Assembly: GCF_009914755.1 (NCBI RefSeq)
Contig: NC_060925.1
Source: the human T2T-CHM13v2.0 reference genome, Homo sapiens
Reading direction: 5' to 3' (one strand)
DNA length: 64,000 nt
The stretch's first letter is position 1; the number at the start of each line of letters is the position of its first letter. The position numbers and the translations under genes are program-made. The notes beneath the pieces are model-generated. The model saw only the letters and a program-made list of their open reading frames with translations, had not been told where the DNA came from and did no database searches. This document shows, piece after piece, positions 1 to 12,647 of this stretch.

Positions 1-1334
<1,334 letters not shown>

Positions 1335-1629
1335 TGGCTGCTTGATATTCTAAGATTTGATGCTGCAGCTTTGGTGTCAATGCTCAAAAGTGCCCAAAGA
1401 CACCACTTGACCTCAGTGTCTATGCACACCCAAGCTTTTGCAACAGGACAGGTAGAGAGGGCAGAGATGAGTGTGCTACAACATGCTGGTAGAGGGCACC
1501 TCAATTTTGCTTGGGGCTTTCCTATGTTTCATAGAAAAATGTGTTTTCCTTAATTTTTCCCATAAGAACCACCCTACTTCATGCCCTGTCTCTCTGTCCA
1601 AACACCAGGACAGTCCTCTCACCAGTCTC

Positions 1630-2030
1630 AACCACCCAATGGATTGACAAATGTCCAAATATGATTCAGTGGAGAAGGCATTCTCTTGTCAACAAATTGT
1701 GTAGAAACAACTGGACATGCATATTCCCAAAGGAAAAAAATTCACCTGAACCTCAATACTGACTCAAAAACTAACTCAAAAAGGATTATGCAACTAAATA
1801 TAAACTATAAAACTAGAAAAAGTATAGCAGAAAATGTAAGACAAAATCTTCATGACACAGAGTTAGGCAAGGTGTTCTTTGTTTTCAATAAACACAAACC
1901 ATTAAAGAAAACATTGATAACTTCAACTTTATAAAAATTAAAAGTTTTTGCTCAACACAAGACAGTAATAAGAGAACAAATATAAGCTGCAGATTGGGAG
2001 AAAAACAGTGGAAATCACAAATATGACAAA
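1630..2030 (+). mobile_element. Old L1M ORF2-region fragment
   Basis: Degenerate motifs caacaaattgtgtagaaacaactgga, aactagaaaaagtatagcagaaaatgtaag. Confidence 0.6.
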
Positions 2031-2036
2031 CGGCAT

Positions 2037-2320
2037 GTGTGATAGTTACTTGTACTTGTCACTGTGACCGAGCACCATGGTACTGGGACATTTGGCCAAA
2101 CATGATTCTGGTTGTGTTCCAGAGAGTGTTTCGGATACAATTAACATTGGGATGGGCAGACTAAGTGAAGCAGATTGCCCTCCTTAATGGGGGTGGGACT
2201 CATACGTACAATCAAATGCCAGGAGACAATTAAGAGGCCTAATGGAAAACAAATGCTTTCCTGGGTATCCAGCTTTCCTTCCATCTTCGGAATTTCAGCC
2301 TCTATAACCTCAGAAGCAAA

Positions 2321-2374
<54 letters not shown>

Positions 2375-2390
2375 TATACATTTCATAGTT
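2037..2390 (+). mobile_element. MLT2-like ERVL LTR fragment with (TA)n at 2325-2363
   Basis: tgtgatagtta... start and gactaagtgaagcagattgccctcc MLT2 motif. Confidence 0.65.
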
Positions 2391-3741
2391 ATGTGGCTAA
2401 GATTGTATTTTTAAAAGTTCAGCCATGAGATGATTGGTGAAGCCAGTCAATGAATAAGGGTGTGTTCTATTATATGATTCAGTCTTCTTTTGTACACGAT
2501 TTAAGTTCTGCATTTGAAGTAGGAGGATGGGAGAGAGTAAGTCCACCTAGGATGATAACAGTTGAATTTCTCAACATACACTTCAAAGCCCTAGAGGTTA
2601 ACTTAGAGAGTCAAAAATTCCACCCATAATCCTGCCCCTACACACTAGGGCTAGGGAACACTGTGGCTCTCAGGTGATTTTATTTAGCCAGGTCTGGGAG
2701 CCACACAACAGCAGACGGAGCAGGAAACACTATGCAAATAGAGGCCAGGACAGCAGGGAGAGCCTGTTAATGACAGAACACAGGTAAAACTATCCTCAGA
2801 AGCAAGTGTGGAGAAACACAGATGATGCCTGAGACCTGGTGGATTAAAGCACTGGCTACTGGGGAATTGAAAGGAAGGGGCTTCACCATGCAGAGGACCA
2901 GAAGTGCCAATCTTGGAAACGCAGAATTCCTGGGAGATGGGGAGGCGTGGACCATGGAAGTATCCTCTGGAGACTCGTGGTGAAGAGAACAAATGAATGA
3001 AGTAACTGGCAGAAATTAGAGTTCCTGGTAGAACAAAATACAATCCCACAATGAGAACATACACCATGTATGTCCCCCAAGGAAGACAATGTCTCCTAAA
3101 AACTCAAGAAAATCATTTTGGGCAAGCACCTTATATCCAGTAATGCGATCCATGTTTTAAGACTGTGAGAAAAGATTATTAAACATGCTAAACTCAGTGA
3201 GATCCAATTCCCTCAGGAGGACTCTGTTAAGGATGAGTACCACTCAGCAAGTGATGACTGTGACATTCACTTTTGGACAGCTCATGAGCATTAATATATT
3301 TAATTGTGGATCTAAACTAAAAACCAAGGTGGAGACAAGATGACAATCACAGAATGTCACTGGTATATGTTTAGCTTCAAATACTATTATGAGAAGTAAC
3401 AGGTAAAGGAGGTGGGAAAAAGAAAACACATTATGTAACTGACTGTCATATGGAAATATTTGATGCTGAAAGTTATAATTTAAAACGTATAAACCAAATA
3501 TTAGAAGTGTGTCTAGTTCAAAGGGGGGAAACCATCAAAAACATTTTTAGTGCAATATTTAGCATGAGCTCTACAACGCTTCCTAAATGTCAGAGGCACA
3601 CACAGACACACACACACACTCACTCACAAAGAATACAAATAATTGGAACCCAGAAAAGTAGTAAATACATTCTGCTACATATGGTAAACATAGCCTACAA
3701 TGTGGAAGAGATTAGAAAATAAACAGGGAAATGAAAATGTT

Positions 3742-3747
3742 TTTATT
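3742..3747 (-). terminator. Poly(A) signal AATAAA of the NBPF 3' UTR
   Basis: tttatt on + strand, about 1.6 kb downstream of the terminal stop codon. Confidence 0.6.
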
Positions 3748-5347
3748 AATTCGCATCAGTATCCATGAAAAATAGTCAGCATAATAAAAGATTATAACAC
3801 TGAATGTAAAAAACAATCCAGCAGTTCAGAGTGATAGGCAAAAGTTTTTAATTGTATAGATTCAAATTAACTTTGGACAAAAGTTAAAACTCAGGCAGAG
3901 AATTTTTTTTTCAACAACAGACACTAACAAAAACAAAGGCACAGTAAAAATTGAGACAGAAAATTTGCAGTGTAGAGGTATGAATCTAATGATAGACACA
4001 GGCATGGATGATTAATAAATGATAAAATGTTTAGAGGATGATCACTAGAATACAGGACATTTATACTTTTAAAAACCACTTTCCCAAATACTTCATTATA
4101 AGTAAGTTGTCTCTAAAAGGGACAGATCTTCTAGACCCCTCCTTAACCAAGTAACTAGTCCTGATGTCATGATAATGGTGATGGACAAACTAGACCTTCT
4201 CTGCGCGCAGATGGGCTGAGGTTGGAAGCTCACAGCATTGACTCTGCAGTGTTCCTGGCAAAACGTTTAGGCTGAATTTAATCATGAAGACATTTTCAGG
4301 CAACTTCAGAATATAGATCATTGAACCAGACAGCTGACCTGTCCTCTACAAACAAGTCCATATCACCACAATCAATGACAACAACAAAAAGATGAGGAAA
4401 TATTTGGGGTTCAAAATAACTAAAGAAATGTAGCTACATTATCTTTTTACGTTTTTTTGAACCCAAAATGTCTCTTCTCCTTTTTGTTGAGTGATTCGTG
4501 GTGACATGGACTGTGTGAAGGAGACAGGTCAGCTGTCCTGCTCAGTGCTCTACATTATGCAGTTGTCTGGTGATTAACCTAATATGAAACTCAGGCCAAG
4601 CACTTTCTGCAAGAACATGGCATTGTTCACATTCTGCACCGGCAGATTCCGAGGTGACATGCTGTCTCCTGCCAGTGGCTCCTGACTCCTGTTCTCTACA
4701 GGATAAGAATTGAGAGGAGCATGGCTACAGCCTCTCAATGCTGTTTGTCCATCTAGATGTGGTCTTCCTAAGTATTGATATCAATTGGAGGCTGAAGGAC
4801 TGTAGCTTCTGTCACCAAAGGAGCCTAGTGGGTTACAATTGTCAAGAGCAGTCAGTGGTTCTGAAATACAATTCTCAGCGAAGGATCCCTCCTGGGTTAC
4901 AGATGGATCAGCTAAAACAAACCAACACTGAAGATACAAAGAATGGGGTTAGGTTCACTGAAACTAGGGTAACACCTTTGCATGAGCTAAACACAAAGAT
5001 GACACTGACCTTGAGCAGGCATAGAAGGTCAGAGACATGCCTGCAAAATGAAATCCCTGCGGAACTTTGTAGCTACCCAGAGATATGTGGTTCAATTTAG
5101 AATGTCTGACAGATCACTCCTGGCATGTGCTGCATAGTTATGTGAACGTGTCACACCTAACTTTGGTCCAATGTCTTCAGACTTAGCACAGGTTGCCACT
5201 GGCATGGTCTGAGAATAGGAATAGAGCCATGCCCACTGACCCATCCTATGCCTGGGCTTCGAAATGGAACTATAGTTTCATTCAAACCTACATGTGCCTA
5301 TAGGTCCTGCCTGCAGCAATGACATCTCTCAGTTTAGTAAGGGCTGC

Positions 5348-5591
5348 TTAGTGTGGGAATATGACTCCCATCTGGAAGACCAGGTGGAGACTTATCACCA
5401 TCAAAGTAAAAAACCTATTGTCCACTTCAAGGGCCAAGCTGCTGTGCTGTTCCTTAAATGAGTAAAAGGCACTTCTGTAGTGCTGGAATGAGTCAGGCAG
5501 TTCAAAGTAAGTTGGAGGAGTCGAATAACATCTATCCAGTGAATCCTGCAAGACTTCAGGCTCTTCCACTTCCATCAGCACCCCGTTGAGC
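5348..5591 (-). pseudogene. NBPF terminal coding exon (Olduvai CON3 long exon plus C-terminal tail)
   Basis: AG acceptor at 5592-93; 244 nt to TAA; [38 protein letters not shown]...VIFPH*. Confidence 0.95.
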
Positions 5592-5782
5592 CTGGGAAAG
5601 GAGACTAAACTAAAGAAGTAGCCAGGGAAAATCAGACACCACAGAGCCCCAACTAGATTTCCGGGGTAAAATAAGGAAGTGGTTAAAAAAGAAAAAGGAT
5701 AGATCCATTAATGAGGCAAAAAATTATTGCCTTTATGTTGGGATAGAACAGGGCCAGGTAGAAAACAATGAAAGAGAAAGAC

Positions 5783-5813
<31 letters not shown>

Positions 5814-6192
5814 GAGGAGAGAAAGTGAGCTCAGTGAATTGGCCAGGTGACACACTGATAAAGGAGTAAAAAGACATTTTGAGTTAGTGCCCTCATGACA
5901 CACAGCAAAAGAGTGAGCTCTTCAGTTTTCCATAAAACTTGCTCAAAATTCGATGCAGTCACCATGAAAGTACAGCTTTTGAGGTACAGTCAACCCATGG
6001 TACATTAGTAAATGATAAGGGGAGGAAGAAATGAAAACCTAAATGTCTACTACAATGAAAACCAACAGCAATGTCAGTAGGAGTGATTCAGCCTTCGTTG
6101 AAAACATGAAATTAAACACACCCTGTTTTCCCTGGATCTGTCATCTCCAGGTGTTAACACAGAATTAAGCATCTACAATTGCTGAAAGTTAC

Positions 6193-6244
6193 CTGGGGCA
6201 TGGTGGGTTCTGATCTTCTTCCCCTTCTTGGTACTTTTCAATTT
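6193..6244 (-). pseudogene. NBPF 52-nt short exon (EIEKYQEGEEDQNPPCPR)
   Basis: AG/GT intact, open frame. Confidence 0.9.
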
Positions 6245-6942
6245 CTGAAATAAATTCAGACATGGACAGACACAATAAGCTGATTCCCCTACACACATAA
6301 CAATCCACTGTCTAATCCTCAAACAGGGACCTCAGGCTCCTCAGCATAAGAATAGGACACTGTGGGAGATATATTTCAGGAGGCCTGAAGGCTGCTCATG
6401 ATAGAGATTCCTTGGTTTTTGTCCCAGAAACTAAGGGTAAAATGTCCCTATTCTGGTAGATTGTTATCCCAATATCATTTGTCCCAAGTTTGTGCAAATG
6501 GTTATGCCATATTTTTCCGATCAATTTAAAGCAAATGCCCTCAAATGATTTCTAGGAGAAAAACTGCAATAATCAGCCCTGTTTCATCAAATACTCAGGT
6601 TGTTCATGGTTGTGAGGATTTTGACTGAAAAAGGAAAACTACAAACCCTTGAGTCGAAATCATAGTTCTCTGAATTTGTCACATCTGCCCAGGTCCAATG
6701 TCTTGAGAGTAGAATCTGAGTGCCACAGGCATGGCCTGAGATGAGGAAGAGAGCCACGCTCACTGACCCATCTCATGTCTGGGCTTCCAGGTAGAACTAG
6801 AGTTTCATTCAACCTATGTGCCTATAGGTCCTCACTGCAGCAATGACATCTCTCAGCTCAGCAAAGGCCAATTGGAGCAGGAATATGATCTCTATATGGA
6901 AGACTCAGTGGATCCTTATTGCCTTCATAGAAAGATACTCAC

Positions 6943-7115
6943 CATCCACATCAAGAGAAAAGCCAACGTGTTGTTCCTCCAATGAGGAAAAGGAACTTCC
7001 ATAGGGCTGGCATGAGTCAGGCAGTTCAAGATAACTGGAAGGAGTCAAATAACATCTATCCAGTGAGTCCTGCAAAACTTCAGACTCTACTACCTCCAGC
7101 AGCTCTCTGCTGCGC
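6943..7115 (-). pseudogene. NBPF 173-nt Olduvai long exon (HLS3-like)
   Basis: [57 protein letters not shown]; AG/GT intact. Confidence 0.93.
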
Positions 7116-7721
7116 CTGCAAAAGTAGAAAAAGTAAAGGATAAGCCAGGGGAAATCAGACACAACACAGCCCCAACTAGATGTCATGGGTAGCATAAGGA
7201 AGTGGTTAAAAAAGAAAAAGGATAGATCCATTAATGAGGTAACAAATTATTGCCTTCATGTTGGGTCAGAACAGGGCCAAATGGAAAAGAATGAAAGAGA
7301 AAGACAGACAGAGAGATAGACACAGAGAAAGAGAGAGAGAGAGCTCAGTGAATTGTCCAGGTGACACACTGATGAGGGAGTAACAGGACACTCTGAGTTA
7401 GTGCCCTCAGAACACACAGCATACAGTGATCATGAAAAGACTGTGCTCAATAATTTTCCATAAAATGTGATCAAGATTCCATGCAGTTGCCATAAGAATA
7501 CAACTTTTGAAGTCTGGTCAACCTACAGTAGGTTAGTAAATGATAAGGGGAGGAAGAAATGGAAACTTAAACATCTACTGTAATGAAAACCAACAGCAAT
7601 GTCAGTAGGAGTAATTCAACCTTCGTTGAAAACATGAAATCGAACACACTCTTGTTTTCCCTGGACCTGTCGTCTCCGGGTGTCAACACAGAATTAAGCA
7701 TCTATAATTGCTCAAAGTTAC

Positions 7722-7773
7722 CTGGGGCATGATGGGTTTTGGTCTTCTTCTACTTCTTGGTACTTTTCAATTT
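7722..7773 (-). pseudogene. NBPF 52-nt short exon (EIEKYQEVEEDQNPSCPR)
   Basis: AG/GT intact, open frame. Confidence 0.9.
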
Positions 7774-8485
7774 CTGTAATAAGTTCAGATATGGACAGAC
7801 ACATTAAGCTGATTCCCCTACACACATAACAATCCACTGTCTAATCCTCACACAGGGACCTCAGGCTCCTCAGCATGAGAATAGGACACTGTGAGAGATA
7901 TTCTTCAGGAGGTCCGAAGGCTGATCATGATAGAGATTCCTTGGCTTTTGTCCCAGAAACTGTGGGTAAAATGTCCCTATTCTGGTAGATTGTTATCCCA
8001 ATGTCATTTGTCCCAAGTTTGTGCAAATGATTATGCCGTATTTTTCCAATCAATTTAAAGCAAATGCCCCCAACTGGTTTCTAGGAGAAAAACTGCACTA
8101 TTCAGCCCTGTCTCATCAAATATTCAGATTGTTCATGGTTGTGAGGATATTAGACACTGAAATTAGAGTGAAGGAGGAAATCTACAAAACTGAGACAAAA
8201 TCAGAGTTGTGTGAATTTGTCACATCTGCCCGAATCCAATGTATTGAGAGTAAGATCAGGGTGCCACAAGCATGGCCTGAGACTACAAAGAGAGCCACGC
8301 TCACTGATCCATCCCGTGTCTGGGCTTCCAAGTAGAACTAGAGTTTCATTTAAATCTACATGTGCTTATAGGTCCTCCCTGTGGCAATGATATCTCTCAG
8401 CTCAGTAATGGCCACTAGCAGCAGGAATATGACCCTATCCAGAAGACTCAGTGGATCCTTATCACCTTCATAGAAAGGTACTCAC

Positions 8486-8655
8486 CACCCACATCAAGAG
8501 CCAAGCTAACATGCTGTTGCTCCAATGAGTAAAATGCACTTCTGTAGGGCTGGCATGAGTCAGGCAGTTCAAGATAACTAGAAGGAGTCAAATATCTATC
8601 CAGTGAGTCCTGCAAGACTTCAGGCTCTTCCCCTTCCAGCAGCTCCCTGCTGAGC
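8486..8655 (-). pseudogene. NBPF Olduvai long exon, 170 nt (in-frame 3-nt deletion, DRCY>DRY)
   Basis: [56 protein letters not shown]; AG/GT intact. Confidence 0.93.
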
Positions 8656-9251
8656 CTAGAAGAGTAGAAAAAGTAAAGAATAAGCCAGGGAAAATCAGAA
8701 ACCTCAGAGCCCCAGCTAGATTTCATGGGTAGCATAAGGAAGTGGTTAAAAAAGAAAAAGGATAGATCCATTAATGAGGTAACAAACTATTGCCTTCATG
8801 TTGGGACTGAACAGGGCCAAATGGAAAAGGATGAAAGAGAAAGACAGTCAGAGAGAGAGAGAGACAGCTCAATGAATTGTCCAGGTGACACACTGATGAG
8901 GGAGTAACAGAACACTCTGAGTTAGTGTCCTCAGGACACACAGCATACAGTGATCATGAAAAGAATGCGCTCAATAATTTTCCATAAAATGTACTCAACT
9001 TTCCATGCAGTCACCATGAGAATACAGCTTTTGAAATATGGTCGATGTACCGTAGGTTCATAAATGATAAGGGGAGGAAGAAATGGAAACCTAAATATCT
9101 ACTGCAATGAAAACAAACAGCAATGTTAGTAGGAATAATTCAGGCTTGGTTGAAAGATGTAATCGATATTGTCAGCCCACTCTGTTTTCCCTGAACCAAG
9201 AGTCTCCAGGTGTCAACACAGAAGTAGCTGTTCACAATTGTTCAAAGTTAC

Positions 9252-9303
9252 CTAGGGCATGATGGGCCTTGGTCTTCTTCCTCTTCTTGGTCCTTTTTAA
9301 TTC
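9252..9303 (-). pseudogene. NBPF 52-nt short exon (RIKKDQEEEEDQGPSCPR)
   Basis: AG/GT intact, open frame. Confidence 0.9.
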
Positions 9304-10007
9304 CTACAATAAATTCAGACAGGGACAGACAAAATAAGCCAATTCACCTACACCCATAACAGTCCACTGTCTAATCCCCACATGAGGACTTCAGGCTCCT
9401 CAGCATGAGAACAGGACAATGAGAGAGATATACTTCAGGAGGCCTGAAAGCAGGTCATGATAGAGATTCTTTAGTTGCATCTCAGAACCAAGGGTGAAAT
9501 ACCACTATTCTGGTAGATCGTTATCCTAAAATCATTTATCCCAAGATTGTGGAAACAGTTATGCCTTATTGTTCCCATCAATTCAAAGAAAATGCCCCAG
9601 ATGATTTCTAGGAGGAAGACTGCAGTATTCAGCCCTGTCTCCTCAAATGCCCAGCTCGTTCATGGTTGCAAGATACTGAAACTAGAATGAAGGAGGAAAT
9701 CTACAAACCCTTGAGTCCAAATAATAGTTCTGTGAATTTTTCACATCTGCCTGGGTCCAATGTGCTGAGAGTGGGCTGAGGTGGTCACAGGCATGGCTGG
9801 AGACTAGGAATAGAGCCATGCTCACTGACCCATTTCATGTCTGGGCTTCCAACTGAAACTACAGTCTCATTACAAGCTATATGCACCCACAGGTCCTGCC
9901 TGTGGCAATGACACCTCTCGGGTCAGTAAGGGCCACTTGGAACAGGAATATCACCCCTATCTGGAAGACCAGGTGGAGGCTTATCACTTTCATAGTAAGG
10001 TACTCAC

Positions 10008-10180
10008 TATCCACATCAAGAGCCAAGCCAAGGTGCTGTTCCTCCAATGAGTAAAAGGCACTTATGTAGAGCTGGCATGAGTCAGACAGTTCAAGATAAC
10101 CAGAAGGAGTTGAATAACATCTATCCAGTGAGTCCCGCAAGACTTCAGGCTCCTTCTTGTCCAGCAGCTCCCTGCTGAGC
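10008..10180 (-). pseudogene. NBPF 173-nt Olduvai long exon (HLS-like)
   Basis: [57 protein letters not shown]; AG/GT intact. Confidence 0.93.
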
Positions 10181-10820
10181 CTGGAAAAGTAGGAAAAAGT
10201 AAAGAATAAGGCAGGGGAAATCAGAAACCACACAGCCCCAGCTAGATTTCATGGGTAACATAAGGAAGTGTTTTAAAAGAAAAAGAACGGATCCAGTAAT
10301 GAGGTAACAAATTATTGCCTTTATGTTGGGATAGACCAGGGTCAGGTATAAACGGATGAAAGAGGAAGAGAGAGACACACACACACGCACACACATGCAC
10401 ACACACACGCACACACAGAGACAGAGAGATAGTGAGCTCAGTGAATTGGCCAGGTGACACACTGATGAGGGAATCAAAGGACACTCTGTATTTGTGCTGT
10501 CAGGACACACAGCAAACAGTGATCATGAAAAGAGTGGTCTTAATAACTTTGCACAAAATGTGCTCAAGTTTCCCTGCAGTCACTATGAGAATACAGCTTT
10601 TGAGGTATGGTCAACCTTCACTAGGTTAGTAAATGATAAGGTAGGAAGAAATGAAAACCTAAACATTTAATGTAATGAGAACCAAAAGCAATGTTAGTAG
10701 GCATAATTCAGACTTGTCTGACAAGATGAAATCATTATTTTCAGCATGTACTCTTTTCCCTGGACTTGGCGTCTCCAGGTGTCAACACCAAATTAACTGT
10801 CCACAATTTCTCAGACTCAT

Positions 10821-10872
10821 CTGGGATCTGTTGCCTCTTGGTCCTCCTTTTTCACTTGATCACATCGATGTC
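10821..10872 (-). pseudogene. NBPF 52-nt short exon (RHRCDQVKKEDQEATDPR) with mutated donor
   Basis: Acceptor intact; donor reads CCCAG|ATGAGT (GT>AT at 10820). Confidence 0.88.
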
Positions 10873-11917
10873 CTGCATGCAAATAAATTCAAATGGGGCC
10901 TCTTACATTAAGCAGTTCTTCCTTGCACACAGAAACCTTCCTCTGTCCAATCCGAACACAGGGACATCAGTCTTCTCAGTGTGAGAACAGGAGACTTTGA
11001 GAGAAGTATACCAGGAGGCCTGAGGTTAAGTCTTGAGAGAACTGACTTGGTTCCTTTCTTGAGCTTTCGGCAAAATTCCCCTGTTTTGGAACGTTATCTT
11101 CCCAATATGCTCTGTCCTAGGTTTGTGTACACAAATGAGCAATATTTCTCCCAATAGAGTTTAAGCAAATAGTTCTAACACCTTGTAGGAGAGATACTGC
11201 AATATTCAGGCTTCTCTCATAAAATACCCAGGATTTGATAGCTTACGAGATTGTGGACACTGAGATTTGATGGAGGGGTGCAATGTACCAGCTCTTGAGT
11301 CAAAATGAGACTTGGTTCGACACGGAAGCATCAGCTACTATGGCTTTTTTGGGTAAAAAGTCAGCCATTTATCTAGAAAACATGCCAGCAAGATGATGGA
11401 CAGATGAGCTAAAACAAGCCAACTTAGAAGACACAGAAAATGGGGATAAATTCAGTGAAACCTGGGTCACATTTTCCACTGAGAGGTAGACAAGGGTAAT
11501 ACTGGCCTTAGGCAGGTAAAGAACTGCACAGACATGCTTTGGGAACAAAACTCATAACGAACTTCGTAGCTGGCAAGAGACATTTAATTCAGATGAGCTG
11601 ATCTGACAGACAACTCCTGGGCATGTGCTGCATAGCTTGGTGTGAGTTTGCCACACCAGCCTTGAGTTCAATGTCCTGACAGTTGAACCAGCGTGCCACG
11701 GGCATGGCCTGAGACTAGGAGAAAGCCAAGCTCACTGACCCACCCCATGCCTGTGCTTCAGACTCGACTCCAGAGTGATTGAAATCTACATTGATATATA
11801 GGTTCAGCCCACAGTGATGGCAACTCTCAGCCCAACCAGGGGCACAAGGCCCGGAGATTATGGGGTCTACCTGGGACACGAACGGGAGCTTTATCACCTT
11901 CACAATGGAGTATTCAC

Positions 11918-12081
11918 TGCCTATGACAAGAGCCAAGCCGACTTGCTGTTCCTCTAATGAGTGAAAGGTGCTCCTGTAAGACTGGTACGAGGCTGACTTG
12001 TCAGGAGGAATTGAGAGAGTCGAATAACCTTCATCCCAGGACTCCTGAGGGGCTTCCTCCTCTTCAGACTCCTGCAGATTC
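11918..12081 (-). pseudogene. NBPF 164-nt CON2 long exon
   Basis: [54 protein letters not shown]; AG/GT intact. Confidence 0.92.
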
Positions 12082-12647
12082 CTGACGAGGCAGGCAGGAC
12101 AGGGATGACAGAAGATTTAACCAACAGAGATTAGACAACAAAACCTCCCAGATGTTCTGATGGGAGACAGAATGGAGTGGTCACAGAAACCAAAGGCATT
12201 TTTCCTTCAAGAGAAATAAAATTATCCTTCTAAATGCAAGGTAGAGGGTGTCTGCTCTGGGGACAGAGCAAAAATGGGCAGCACGTGCTCAGTACATTTG
12301 CCACAGATGAGCCAATGTAGGGCACCAAGACTCTCCCTGTAAACTACCATCATGACTTGCAGCACAGAGAACTAACACTGGGCTTCAACTACTTTGCATA
12401 AATTAAATTGAATTTTACATGCAGCATTCAAGTGAACAGAGCTCTTGAGGCAGTGCAGACACAGATCTTGGGTATTAAGGGCCCCATTTTTCCAATATTT
12501 TGATATAATACGTTTATTTTTTCAATTTCTTTTCTTGCACAAATACTAGCAAACATACTAACAAAAAATGGGCAGAAAGCATATATACATCTCTCCCTGG
12601 ATTTAAACACATGGGAGAGAACAGGCAACACCAAGAAATCCCTGTTT

